DNA of 64,000 nucleotides, taken from an uncultured delta proteobacterium. GTDB taxonomy: Bacteria; Desulfobacterota; Binatia; UBA9968. The notes under the pieces are model-generated. The model was not told the origin of the DNA and made no database searches. It was given only the letters and a program-made list of their open reading frames with translations. The translations under genes were made by a program, and so were the position numbers. Positions 51,907-63,090 of the stretch are shown in pieces. The stretch lies in the NCBI GenBank assembly GCA_963760795.1, contig CAVXEP010000013.1, positions 1 through 64,000 of the forward strand, written 5' to 3'. How positions within the stretch are numbered: the first letter of the stretch is position 1; every line of letters begins with the position of its first letter.

Positions 51907-52443
51907 ATGCCAGACTCCAATCACCTAATTCTCACCGCCGTCGGCCCGGATCGGGTCGGTCTAGTGGAAAAGATCGCCGCGTTCATCGCCCGCCATGATT
52001 GCAACATCGAGGACAGTAAGATGGCGGTGTTCTGCGGCGAGTTCGCCGTCATCGTCTTGATCACCGGCGACGGCAACAAACTGGCCAAGATCGGCCGCGA
52101 TTATCGCGAGATCGAAAGCGAAACCGGCTTGACCATCTCGATCAAGACGCCGGCGCTGCGCAGCACCGCCGAATCGTTTCTGCCCTACAAACTCACCGCC
52201 TCGTGCATGGACCATCCGGGGATCGTTTATCAAATTAGTAACGTGCTGAGCGGCATGGGCGTGAATATAGAATCGATGGAAACCAAAACCTACGCCGCGC
52301 CGATCAGCGGCACGCCGATCTTCCAACTCGAAGCCGAGCTGGCCGTACCGACGCGAACCAACATCGCCGAGCTACGCGAGCGTTTCGGCGAGATCCAGCG
52401 GCAGGAGAATATCGATATCGATCTAGCAGCGGCGAAAAATTAA
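51907..52443 (+). CDS. GcvR-like tandem ACT domain protein
   Basis: LTAVGPDRVGLV, CNIEDSKM, MDHPGIV, VNIESM. Confidence 0.85.
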   Translation: MPDSNHLILTAVGPDRVGLVEKIAAFIARHDCNIEDSKMAVFCGEFAVIVLITGDGNKLAKIGRDYREIESETGLTISIKTPALRSTAESFLPYKLTASCMDHPGIVYQISNVLSGMGVNIESMETKTYAAPISGTPIFQLEAELAVPTRTNIAELRERFGEIQRQENIDIDLAAAKN

Positions 52444-52450
52444 CGCCGCG

Positions 52451-52550
52451 GTTCCACTGGTTCCAAACGTTCCAGGGTTCCAAACGTTTCGGAAGGGCGT
52501 CGGACCGTCGAGCGGGTTGGAACGATTGGAACCGCTGGAACCGTTGGAAC
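52451..52550. repeat. 9-bp-period palindromic repeat (GTTCCAnnn / nnnTGGAAC)
   Basis: gttccactg gttccaaac gttccagg gttccaaac ... ttggaacga ttggaaccg ctggaaccg ttggaac. Confidence 0.85.
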
Positions 52551-53866
52551 TATCCGGCGTATGGAACCGCCTCAAGCGCTCTTTGCTTTCTCCCCAGCCA
52601 CAAACTATTGACCAGCCAAAGAATTGAAATCGGCACAGCGACGATGGATACCCCGGTCATCGCCAAACCGAGCGCGCCCAAGCCGGCATAGGACCATGCG
52701 CCCACCTGATCGCCCAAGCGATACACCACCGTATCGATAAAACTCTTGGCCTTGTACTTATCCTCCCGCGGCACGACGGTGAACAGCACTTCGCGGGTCG
52801 GCCGGGCGAAGGCGAAATTACCGGCGCGGCGAATCACCTGAAAGGCCACCAGCGCAGCGATGGTCGGCGCCCAGGCCAGGGTGCCGAAACCGAAGACGCT
52901 GAGCAACGGCAGCAACGCCAAGGTAAGCGCTACACCGATACGTTTGATCGTTCTGCCTGTGACAAACAGTTGCGCGCCGAGGGTGAGAATATTCACCCAA
53001 AGATCGACGCGCGCAAAAAATGCTGTGCGCGCGCCGCGGTCGGCGAAATATTTCCTGGCGATCTCGGCTTGCTGGAAATAAAGAAACGTCGAGGTAATCG
53101 CGAACAGCAAAAGAAAAATACTGACGTTGATCAGATAGGGCGACTTGAGCGCGTGGGACAAGCCGCTCAGGATCGGACCGCCGATGAGCGACTCGTCGTT
53201 GCGACCTGCAGGCCGTTCGCTCAACGCCGACGACAAACGTGACAAACGTCCGACACAGAAGACCGCGACTTCCAGCAAAATCGCGGAGCCAAGCAGAAGA
53301 TAGGTCGCCGGAACTTGCTTGGCGAGAGCCGCGGTCAAGCTCGAACCGAAGATACCGCCGAGGGTCGCGCCGGCGGCGATGAAGCCGAACAGCCGCTTGC
53401 TCTGCTCGGTGTCGAACACGTCGACCATCAGCGCCCAAAACACCGACACCACGAACAGATTGAAAATCGATGTCCAGATGAAAAACAGCCGGCCGATCCA
53501 GATGCTCTGTTCCCCGGAAGCCATCTGAAAAAGCGCGACAAAACATAAAAGATTGACGGCAAAAAAACGATAGGTGATGCCGATGAATTTGACCCGCGGC
53601 AGCTTTGCCACCAGCGCAGCGAAGGGCGGATTGACCGCGATCATGCCGACCAGCGTGCCGGTGAAAAGCCACTGGAGATTCTCCACCCCGCCGGCCACGC
53701 CCATCTCGTCGCGGATCGGCCGGAGAATATAGTAGGAGATAAAAAGTGAAATGATATACAGCCACGACCAGCCAAGCGCGCGCAACTCGGCCGGCCGGAC
53801 ATCGATCGCTCGCGATAGAAGTCGATGCACAGCGCCATTACCCGTCGATGCGACCGAATCCGTCAC
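52550..53866 (-). CDS. NTP/NDP exchange transporter-like MFS protein (TLC/AAA family)
   Basis: YYILRPIRDEMG, NLFVVSVFW, KRLFGFI, PTREVLFT, KYKAKSFIDTVVYRLGD. Confidence 0.85.
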   Translation of the reverse strand: MTDSVASTGNGAVHRLLSRAIDVRPAELRALGWSWLYIISLFISYYILRPIRDEMGVAGGVENLQWLFTGTLVGMIAVNPPFAALVAKLPRVKFIGITYRFFAVNLLCFVALFQMASGEQSIWIGRLFFIWTSIFNLFVVSVFWALMVDVFDTEQSKRLFGFIAAGATLGGIFGSSLTAALAKQVPATYLLLGSAILLEVAVFCVGRLSRLSSALSERPAGRNDESLIGGPILSGLSHALKSPYLINVSIFLLLFAITSTFLYFQQAEIARKYFADRGARTAFFARVDLWVNILTLGAQLFVTGRTIKRIGVALTLALLPLLSVFGFGTLAWAPTIAALVAFQVIRRAGNFAFARPTREVLFTVVPREDKYKAKSFIDTVVYRLGDQVGAWSYAGLGALGLAMTGVSIVAVPISILWLVNSLWLGRKQRALEAVPYAG

Positions 53867-53899
53867 TCCTCACACCTCACCACTCGCTCGTAACTTCCC

Positions 53900-54826
53900 C
53901 TAAACGCTATCGATGAACTGCTCCATGCGCTTGCGCATGGCCGCATCCGGCAGCCGGCCGCGCGCCGCGCCGAGATTGTCGACGACATACTCGGCCCGCG
54001 CCATGCCGGGCACGGCGCAAGTGATGGCGGGATGCGAGACGATATATTTCAAAAAGAACTGCGCCCAAGTCGCGCAGTCGAACTCGGCGGCCCACTCCGG
54101 CAACTTCTTCCCCTGCACGGCGTTGAACAGCCGGCCGCGGCCGAACGGCAGATTGATCATCACGCCCATGCCGCGGTCCGGTGCCAGCGGAATAATCCGC
54201 TCGCCGGCGTCGCGGTTGTCCAGCGCGTAATCGACTTGAATGAAGTCGAGGGTTTCTTTCTTCATCACCTGCTCGAATTCGCCGTATTGGTTATCGAACG
54301 ACGTGGTGATGCCGACATAGCGAATCCGCCCCGCCGCTTTCATCTCGCGCAGGGTTTTCAACTGCACGTCGGTGTCGCGCAAGTTATGCACGGCGAGCAG
54401 GTCGATCCGGTTGGTGCGCAGTTTTTTGAAAGACTCGTCGATTTGTTTGATGCCCTCTGCGCGGCCGACGTTGCGCAGGCTCACCTTGGTGGCGAGAAAC
54501 AGCGAGTCGCGGACTTTCAGACCATCGACCAATTCGCCGACGACCGCCTCCGCGGTGCCATAGGATGGCGAGCTATCGATGACCTTCCCTCCCAGCGCTT
54601 GGAACTGGCGGATGGTTTCGCGCAGCGGCGCTTTCTCGCTATCGTTTTTAACTTCTTCATAACGGCGCGCCGTGCCGATACCGATGATGGGGATCGCCTC
54701 ACCCGACGATGGGATTTTTTTCTGAATCAGCGGTTGGCTCTGCGCCGCGACATACTCAGGACGCAGCAGCAACGACGCTCCCAGTCCCAATCCAGCTTTG
54801 ATGACATTCCGACGACTCTGGTCCAT
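53900..54826 (-). CDS. Aldo/keto reductase with Tat signal
   Basis: SRRNVIK Tat motif; IGIGT, IDSSPSYG, LATKV, LLAVHN. Confidence 0.9.
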   Translation of the reverse strand: MDQSRRNVIKAGLGLGASLLLRPEYVAAQSQPLIQKKIPSSGEAIPIIGIGTARRYEEVKNDSEKAPLRETIRQFQALGGKVIDSSPSYGTAEAVVGELVDGLKVRDSLFLATKVSLRNVGRAEGIKQIDESFKKLRTNRIDLLAVHNLRDTDVQLKTLREMKAAGRIRYVGITTSFDNQYGEFEQVMKKETLDFIQVDYALDNRDAGERIIPLAPDRGMGVMINLPFGRGRLFNAVQGKKLPEWAAEFDCATWAQFFLKYIVSHPAITCAVPGMARAEYVVDNLGAARGRLPDAAMRKRMEQFIDSV

Positions 54827-54981
54827 AAATGCTCCTTGTCGCTCGACAGCATCATCTAGCACCAGTCGCGCAACCCCACAAGACAATGGCGCGCCGTGTG
54901 TCTTCAGGTTTTCCCCTTGTGCTCGCCGGCCGCCGGCATTAGCATGCGCACATTGCACTCGCATGAGAGGAGATCGCCTGA

Positions 54982-55962
54982 ATGAAAGCCGATCTGAAGC
55001 TCATTGGCGTCCTGGCGGTTCTGGCAGGGTTAATCGGAACTCGACCGGCCATAGGTCAGACTCTCGATAAAGTCCGCTTGGGCAACAGCGGGACCGGCAT
55101 CAACGTTTACCTGCTGGATATCGGCAAGCGCTTAGGCATCTTCCGTAAGCACGGCATCGACCTCGAAGCGATCTATGTGAGCAGCGGCTCGCTGCTCAAC
55201 CAAGCGCTGCTGGCCGGCACCTTCGACATGGTCATGTCGCAGGGCTCGGAAGCGATGATGATGAAACTGCGCGGCGCCGATCTGCGCATCAACGCCGTGG
55301 TCGCCAACCGTTTCAATCACGTCTATCTCAGCGGTCCCTCGATCACTTCGATCAAACAACTCAAAGGCAAACGGGTCGCCGTCAGCCGCTTCGGTTCGGG
55401 CTCCCACTTCCAGACCAACCTCGCGCTCAAGGACGGCGGACTCGATACGGAAAAGGATGTGACAGTTTTGCAAATCGGCAATTCCGCGGCGCGCATGGCA
55501 GCGATCTTAAGCGGCACCGTCGACGGCACGATCATGGCCGCCGACTTCGTACCCAGGGCGAAGAAAGCCGGCTTTAATATTCTCACCGATCTCGCTGAGA
55601 CCAAGATCGAATATCCATTTCTTTCCGTGCATATGCTCGGTAGCTATACCGACCGCAATCTACGCGTCGTCAAAGCCCTGATCAAGGGGATGTCGGAATC
55701 CATCCGCGCGCTGCAGAGCGATCCGGCAATAGCCAAAACGGCGATCCGCGCCGCCCTGCGCACCGATGACCAGGAAACCATCGACTACGCGCTGGCGCGC
55801 GCCGTTCAAGTGCTCGACCGCCGCCCCTTCCCTACTCCCGGCGGCATTCAAACCGTGCTTGACGAGCTCGGCAAAGAGGCTAAAGCCAAAGCGTGGAAGT
55901 TCGACGACTTCGTCGATCTGCGCGCGCTGCGGGAACTGGAGAAAGAAGGATTTTTCAAATAG
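54982..55962 (+). CDS. NitT/TauT family ABC substrate-binding protein
   Basis: Signal peptide, LKGKRVAVSRFGS, FVDLRALRELEKEGFFK. Confidence 0.9.
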   Translation: MKADLKLIGVLAVLAGLIGTRPAIGQTLDKVRLGNSGTGINVYLLDIGKRLGIFRKHGIDLEAIYVSSGSLLNQALLAGTFDMVMSQGSEAMMMKLRGADLRINAVVANRFNHVYLSGPSITSIKQLKGKRVAVSRFGSGSHFQTNLALKDGGLDTEKDVTVLQIGNSAARMAAILSGTVDGTIMAADFVPRAKKAGFNILTDLAETKIEYPFLSVHMLGSYTDRNLRVVKALIKGMSESIRALQSDPAIAKTAIRAALRTDDQETIDYALARAVQVLDRRPFPTPGGIQTVLDELGKEAKAKAWKFDDFVDLRALRELEKEGFFK

Positions 55963-55963
55963 C

Positions 55964-57681
55964 TCTACGGGAAGAACCGCGTGCAACAGCACCAGCGGCG
56001 CGTCGCCTTCAGGCCCCCTGCCGCGGCTCCGAAGCAACGGGGGCGTCAATTGAGGTTGCGCTTGCTGAAGTCTGTTCCACACTTTCTCGGTGGTGATGAT
56101 GTAGCCGTCGCCGTCAGCGATCTGCGCCACGGTGGAATCCACGGGCCGTTCGGCAACCTCAACTGCCCCGCCGCGATAGAACACCACGGCATCGCCATTA
56201 AAGCCACCGTACAAAACCAACTTGTCCGCTGGTTGCACCAGACGGTTCACTTCGACCATGAAGTCACGATAGCTCTTGGTCTCGGCGATCTTCACTTCCA
56301 CCAAGCCTCGGCTCAAAAACGCGAAAATAATCGATAGCGCCACCAACGAGCCGCCGGCCGCGATCATGCGGCCGCGCCACAGGTAATAGCCGAACAGCGA
56401 CCAGAGACGCGGCCCAGGCCAGCGCGACGGCATCGAACTTCCAGCCCCAACCGGCGATCTGATTGACGATGACGAGAAAGTTAGCACGGTCTTTGGGCTT
56501 GAGCAATTTTCTCGATGGGCTCGAACAACCAGGCCGGATCATGAGTCCATAAATCGCCCAGCGCGATAATTAGCAGGATCAAGGCCGTGATCGCAGCAAC
56601 GCCGGAAATCAGCCGGAGAAACCAAGTTCGAACAACATCAAACTTCGCCTGGCGATGAACCCACACGGCCAAGAGCAGCGCCAAGGCCGGATAGATCGGC
56701 AACAGATAAACCGCCCGTTTGCCCGACGACAGCGAGAAAAACAGCAGCATGACGCCGAACCAAGTTTGGAAAAACAGCACATCATCATTGTCGTCGCCAC
56801 GAGTTCTTGCGCCAGTCCCAAAACATAAACGGATAGAACAATCCCCAAGGCGCCGCGAGACTGAAGAGATAAGACAAATAGTAATAAACTGGATGGCTGT
56901 GGCCGGAGCCGCCAACAAAGCGTCGCAGATTTTCCGACAGCAGTTGGCGATCGACAAATCCCTCGCCGCCCCGGCTAATCGCCATGCCATACCAGCCGAC
57001 GACCAGAAGTAATGCGATCAGCACGCCGGGATGAAAGGCGAATTTGAAAAACATTTTCCAATTGCGTTTGATGGCGAGGAAGACCGCGATCACCAGCCCC
57101 GGCAAAACAATCCCCAACGGCCCTTTGGAAAGAGTCGCCAAACCCACCAGCAGGTACATCGCATAGGGCCACAGCGGATGGCGCAAGAAACCGCGGTAAA
57201 TGGCGTAGAACAGGATCAAACTCAGCGTGACGAAGAAACACAAGGTCATATCGACGCGGGCATTGACCGCCTGGGTTTGATAGATCATCGTCGTCGCCAG
57301 GATCGCGCCGCCCAACAAGCCGACCTGCGCACCGAACAGGTTGGCGCCGAGTAGATAGAGAAAAACCACGCCGAGAGTCGCGTACAGCGCAGACGGGAAA
57401 CGGATCGTCGCTTCGTCGAGCACACCGGTAATCTGATAGGTCAGCGCCGCCGACCAATGAAACATCGGCGGTTTGGACGGTATCGCGGTGGCGCGCTTGA
57501 GCGGAAACAGCCACTCGCCGCGCTGGACAATATCCTGCACGGCCAAAGCCTCGCGCGGCTCGCCTTTGTCGAACATCGGCGTGCTGCCGAGGTAAGGAAA
57601 GTACAGGACGCCGCAGAGCGCCAGCAGGAGAACTATATGAAAGAAGGAATAGGATCGATCCGACGCCGGTACTGCCATCAC
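55964..57681 (-). CDS. ArnT/PMT family glycosyltransferase (GT83-like), several frameshifts, 3' end uncertain
   Basis: DKGEPRE, SKPPMFHW, RFPSA, ARVDM, LSKGPLG, KRAVYLLPIYPA across ORFs 56785..57681, 56481..56990, 56264..56542 and 55660..56487. Confidence 0.82.
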
Positions 57682-57793
57682 CTCAGTTAGATAACCTTTT
57701 CACCGGAGTTGTTAAAGAGAAGCGTGACGGGAAAAGGAAGGGTCGGCATCCCGGCAAATTCGTCGGCATTGTCCTCGATTGAAAGGATTTCTT

Positions 57794-57875
57794 TCACCCC
57801 GAAGGACACGAAGAGCACCAAGTGTCAGGGATTTGTTTATCCGAACCGTTCGTGTCTTCGTGCGCTTCGTGGTGA
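57794..57875. repeat. 9-bp-period palindromic repeat (CACGAAG family)
   Basis: tcaccccgaaggacacgaagagcacca...ttcgtgtcttcgtgcgcttcgtggtga. Confidence 0.8.
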
Positions 57876-57924
57876 CAATTACGAAAGCATATTGCCGCAG
57901 GTTAGCGCCTGAGAATAGGAACGC

Positions 57925-58896
57925 TTATTTTTTCGTCAGCGCATCCGGATTCAACACATGGCTCGGCTTGCCGGCGGCGAAGCTGACGAGGTCGTCAACG
58001 ACCGTGGCGTAATACTCTTCATAACTTTCACGGGTGACATAACCCAAATGCGGCGTGCAGGTGACGTTGGCCATTTTGACCAATGGCTCGTCCGCGCCAA
58101 CCGGCTCTTTATCGTAAACGTCGACGGCGGCGAAGCCCGGCCGGCCGGCCTTCAACGCCTCGACCAACGCGCCCTTGGCGATCAACCCGGAACGGCTCGC
58201 GTTGACGAGCAACGCGCTCGGCTTCATGCGGGCTAAATCATTACTGGTAATGATGCCGCGGGTGTCCTTGTTGAGCGGCAGATGAAAGCTCACGATATCC
58301 ACTTCGGCGAAGAACTCCTCGCGGCTCTTGGCGACTTCGAACCCAGCGGCTTTCGCTCGGCCTGTCGAACCTTCGCGCCCCCAGCAAACCACCCGCGCGC
58401 CGAAGGCTTTGCCCACCCCGGCAACGATACTGCCGATCTTGCCGTAGGCGTAAATGCCGATGGTCTTGCCACTGACGCCGATACCCAACGTCGACTGCCA
58501 GCCGCCGTTCTTCAAGCTGGTCACTTCACGCGGCAAACTGCGCAGCGACGACAGAATCAATCCCCAAGTAAGCTCCGCCGTCGCGTTGGGATTGCCCGAG
58601 CCGCCGGCCGACACGACGATCCCCTTCTCGGTGCACGCTTCGAGATCGACATGGGTCGCCGCCCGGCCGGTTTGACCGATCAGCTTGAGCTTGGGTAATT
58701 TCTCGACCAACTCACGCGGAAAATAGGAACGCTGCTGGGTCAGCACCACGGCATCGGCGTCTTTCAATTTCGTCGCCAAACTCGCCACATCGTTGGCGGT
58801 GTCCGTGAATACCACCACGTCATGACCGGCCAGCTTGGGAAAACATTTCAAAGTTTTAAAAGCATTCTGATAATCATCGATCACAGCAATTTTCAT
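57925..58896 (-). CDS. D-2-hydroxyacid dehydrogenase family protein
   Basis: MKIAVIDDYQ, YAYGKIG, LVNASR, AVDVY, TPHLGY. Confidence 0.92.
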   Translation of the reverse strand: MKIAVIDDYQNAFKTLKCFPKLAGHDVVVFTDTANDVASLATKLKDADAVVLTQQRSYFPRELVEKLPKLKLIGQTGRAATHVDLEACTEKGIVVSAGGSGNPNATAELTWGLILSSLRSLPREVTSLKNGGWQSTLGIGVSGKTIGIYAYGKIGSIVAGVGKAFGARVVCWGREGSTGRAKAAGFEVAKSREEFFAEVDIVSFHLPLNKDTRGIITSNDLARMKPSALLVNASRSGLIAKGALVEALKAGRPGFAAVDVYDKEPVGADEPLVKMANVTCTPHLGYVTRESYEEYYATVVDDLVSFAAGKPSHVLNPDALTKK

Positions 58897-58960
58897 TTTA
58901 CTCTCCCTTTTTTGCGCCCTTTGCGTTCTTTGCGGCCAATTTTCTTTCTCCCAGCATTTC

Positions 58961-60005
58961 TTACATGTCACCCAGTCCATACAACCGACGCGGGTTTTCC
59001 GAAAGGATCTGCCGAGTTGTCGCTTCGGATAAATCCTCGCGGCCGATGAACTTATCGAGATCGCCGGAGAATTGATCCCAAGGTTTCTCATGGGGAAAAT
59101 CCGACGGCCAGATCAACTGCGTGCTGCCCATGAGCGACGCCACCGAGCTCAGCGTCGACTCGCCGACTTCACAGGAATAATAGAGGTTACCGCCGCGCAT
59201 GATCTCCTTGGGCGAGCGCGCCGGTTTATGCGGCCAGCGATTGGTGCGGTGCTCGAAACTCTCTTCGAGGCGGTCCATCAGATAGGGCACCCAGCCGCAG
59301 CCCGATTCGAGAAACACCACGCGCAGTTTGGGAAAGCGTTCGAACACGCCGTGAATCATCATGCTGGTCAACTGCTGCATCTGCGCGAACGGATGGCTCA
59401 GCGGGTAGACGCCGGCGAAACTGGTGAAAGTGATCCAAACCCAGCTCCGCCGCCGAACCGGCATGGACGCCGAGCGGCACGTTCAAGCGCTCGGCCGCGG
59501 CGAAGATTGGATCGAACTGCGGCAGTCCGTAGCCGCGCATGGGATTCATCACCGCCGCCAGCATGCCGCCGACCATGCCCAAGTCGCGCACGCAGCGTTC
59601 TAGTTCTTTGGCGGCTTCTTGCGGCTCTTGAATCGCCAACAGCGCCACGCCTTTGAAACGCGGATTGACGCGGAGAAAATACTGGTGCAGCCAATCGTTG
59701 TACGCCCGCGCCATGATCACCGCCCAATCGGCATCGTGGATCAGGCCGATGCTCAATCCGGCGCTGGTATAAAGCACGGTGGTCGAAATGCCGCAGTGAT
59801 CGAGAAACTTGATCCAGCGCTCGGCATCCGGGTGCTCGCGCTGGCGCGGCGACAGCGCGCCGCGCATCCAACCATCGCGCGGAAACAACACGTACTCGCG
59901 CTTGCCGTCTTCCTTCTGAAACGCCCCCGGCAAAAACTCCCGCAGTTGCTTAATGTCTTCGATGACATGGCCGTCGGCATCGATGACTGGAAATTCTCTC
60001 TTCAC
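58961..60005 (-). CDS. Amidohydrolase_2 family protein (frameshift ~59428)
   Basis: IDADGHVIE, RAYNDWL, LESGCGW, WPSDFPHE. Confidence 0.88.
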
Positions 60006-60041
60006 GGTGGTGTCTCCTTATGAATGAATGCACAAGTCGTG

Positions 60042-60120
60042 TTCACCACGAAGGACACGAAGAGCACGAAGTTCGGATAACTTTCCGAACTTCGTGCTCT
60101 TCGTGATCCTTCGTGGTGAA
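60042..60120. repeat. 9-bp-period palindromic repeat, near-perfect 36-bp stem
   Basis: ttcaccacgaaggacacgaagagcacgaagttcgga-taactt-tccgaacttcgtgctcttcgtg(a)tccttcgtggtgaa. Confidence 0.9.
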
Positions 60121-60160
60121 AGAACTTTTCCGAACTTTGCGCCCTTTGCGTTCTTTGCGG

Positions 60161-61076
60161 CTAACTTCCCTTCTTCAACTCCGCGACGTAATCGCGCAGG
60201 CCGGCTTCCAACTTGTACTCGGGACTGTAGCCCAACTCTGTCTGCGCTCTGCGTGATATCCATGCGCGGCCGCGCCGGCGTCAGTTTGCCGCGCTGCATA
60301 TTAACGCCGGGGAAAATCGCTTTGAGCGCGGACTCGACATCTTCCACCGTCGTCAACCGGCCGCTGCCCAAGTTGAAAACATTATGCGGCAGCGGCGAAG
60401 TATGCACGGCCAAAGCAATGCCGTTTGCCAGGTCCTTGGCATAAATGAAATCGACGGTCTCGTAAACATTGAGCGTCACCGGCTTGCCGGCCATGGCATC
60501 CCACACCGCTTGCTGCACCGCCACCCCCGGGCCGCCGGCGACCGAATAGTAACCGTAGACGCCGGCGAAGCGCAGCAGCGCCAACTCGATTTTATGCTTT
60601 GCCGAATAGGTGCGCAGCACATGTTCGCAACCGATCTTCGACGCGTTGTAAACCCGCTCGCGGCAATCGATCGGCGAGTCCTCGCGCAGCAACTCTTTGG
60701 GATCTTCGCCGGCATAGACCGCCTGGGTGCTGGCATGGACGAGCCTGCGCACGCCGGCCAAGCGCACCGCCTCCGCGACGTTGATCGCGGCGACTAGATT
60801 TACTTGAAAGCCCGTATAGACGTTGTTGATATTGGCCTCGCCCACGGACGCGGCCAGGTGAATCACGCACTCCGGCCGCACGGTCTGAAACGCATCCACC
60901 AGCGCCGCCAGATCGCGGATGTCGCCGCGCAGCACCGGCAGATCCTTGCCGGTCACCTGGCGGATATAATCCGGCCGCGGCGCGAAATCGAAAAACGTCA
61001 CCTCATCGCCGCGGTCGATTAATTCCTTCGCAGTGTGGGTGCCGATCAGGCCGGCGCCGGTTATGAGTACGCGCAT
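60161..61076 (-). CDS. NAD-dependent epimerase/dehydratase (frameshift ~60250)
   Basis: [18 protein letters not shown]; the alternative frame ends [28 protein letters not shown]. Confidence 0.88.
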
Positions 61077-61102
61077 CGCTAACCTCCAATTTAAATAATG
61101 CC

Positions 61103-61187
61103 CGTTCAAGGTTCAAAAGTTCAAGAGTTCAAGGTTCGGACTCCGGATTCTTCACCTTGAACTCTTTACTCCTTGAACCCTTGAACG
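61103..61187. repeat. 7-8-bp-period palindromic repeat (GTTCAA / TTGAAC)
   Basis: gttcaag gttcaaaa gttcaaga gttcaag ... ccttgaact ... ccttgaac ccttgaac. Confidence 0.8.
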
Positions 61188-61188
61188 T

Positions 61189-62244
61189 TCAGTTATCCAG
61201 CCAACCTTTAAGCTTATAAAACCGCCGCGGGATTATCGAAAAGTATCTGCTTCGGCAGCGCCTCCGGCAAATCTTTGCGGTTCACCAGCGTATCGATGTC
61301 ACCGCTGAACTCATCCCAGGGGCGTTCGTGGGGGAAATCGGACGCCCACAGTAATTGCCCCGCGCCGACTATTTCAGCCACCGTCGCCAAGAGTGCGCTC
61401 TTCCCGTTCGCAGGCGTAGTACAGATTGCCGCCGCTCATGATTTCGCTCGGCGATTGCTTGGTCGGGTGCGGCCAGCGCTTGCGCCGGTGCTCCCAGCTC
61501 TCGTCCAAGCGGTCGGCCATATACGGCACCCAGCCGCAGCCCGACTCGAGATAGGCGACGCGCAGCTTGGGGAAGCGCTCGAACACGCCGTAGATCATCA
61601 TGCTGGTGATTTGCTGCATCTGCGCGAACGGATGACTGAGCGGATAGACACCGGCAAAGGACTGCATATGATCCAAGCCCCAGCTCCACCGCCGGCCCGC
61701 TATGCACGGCCAGCGGCACATCGAGCTTCTCAGCCATTTGGTAAATCGGATCGAACTCCGGCAATCCCAGTCCCTTCATCGGACTCATCACCCCCGGCAA
61801 CATGCCGGCGACCATGCCGAGATCGCGCACCGCGCGTTCCAACTCTCTTGCCGCTTCTTGCGGATCCTGCGGCGCCAACAGCGCCACGCCTTGAAAGCGC
61901 GGGCTCACGCTCAAGAAATCATGATGCAGCCAGTCGTTATACGCCCGCGCCAAACCGACGGCCCAATCGCCATCGCGCTGCAGGCCGATGTTCAAGCCTT
62001 CGTTGGGATAAAGAACTGTGAGCGCGATCTCCGTCGCATCGAGAAAGCGCAGCCATAACTCGACGCTCGGATGCTCGCGTTTCGTCGGCGACAATGCACC
62101 GCGCGCCCAACCATCCCAGGAAAACAATGGATACTCGCGCTTCCCCGGCACGGCGCGAAACTCGGGCGGGAGAAATTCCCTCAGCTCGTGATCCTTTTCC
62201 AGAATGTGACCGTCGGCATCGATGACCGGGAAAGATCGTTTCAT
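61189..62244 (-). CDS. Amidohydrolase_2 family protein, close paralog of 58961..60005 (several frameshifts)
   Basis: IDADGHILE, FAGVYPLSHPFAQMQQITSMMI, WASDFPHE. Confidence 0.85.
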
Positions 62245-63090
62245 GGCTTCTTCTCCGAAAAGATTCTACTTCGCAAGAAATACAAAATGGCGCTCCACTG
62301 CTCTTCTACTACCGCGCAGTTGATTTCGTCAACATGAGCGCGCGGAAACTGCGCTGATGAATTCTTGAGAACTCATGTCAGCCCTAACGGGAAAAGAGTG
62401 GTCTTCGTTAGTCGGCGGAATCTGCCAGGATGAAAAAGTTGACAAGTCATCCTTTTAACAATACAAACTGGACATTGTTATCGAAATCTAGCTTGGCTAA
62501 TTGGAAGACTCGAGTACTCACTCGTTATGGCTTCAGAACGATCTGGACGAAGAATCTTGAGCACCAGACGCGTAGGATCACTCGTGGTCGACCGAGCATT
62601 CGGACGACAAGAATACTGATCTCACGCTCAGCCGCACACATCCAGCGTTGTTGTGCTTATCTCGAGACGCTCGATTGCTAACAACACCACCATACGACGG
62701 CAATCTAGGGCGTGCTGCCTGTGCGCGCTTTACGCTGCTCTTGACCACCGCAGCGGGCACGGACGGTCTCGGCTCATGGCAGCGTTCGTTATGCGCTCAA
62801 CGACACCTGATGGACATTCGCCTCAGTCGATACTGTAATATTGTCGCACTCCGCGAGACCACGTGCATGAGCACAGTTACATGGCCGCGTGGTACTTCTC
62901 GGACAGAACAAGTACGGCATCAGACTCCGACTGCGATTCTTGCGATACGTCACCAACGAAACGTCTAACTATGCGCTGAACCCGTCATCGCGCGCCGGTT
63001 ACAACCACGCTCCCCGTCGCGAGCAAGCTCGCCGAGCTTGGGTCTCCGAAGAATGAGCAGAAGCAAGATTACATAGAGGAGGAACTCACA

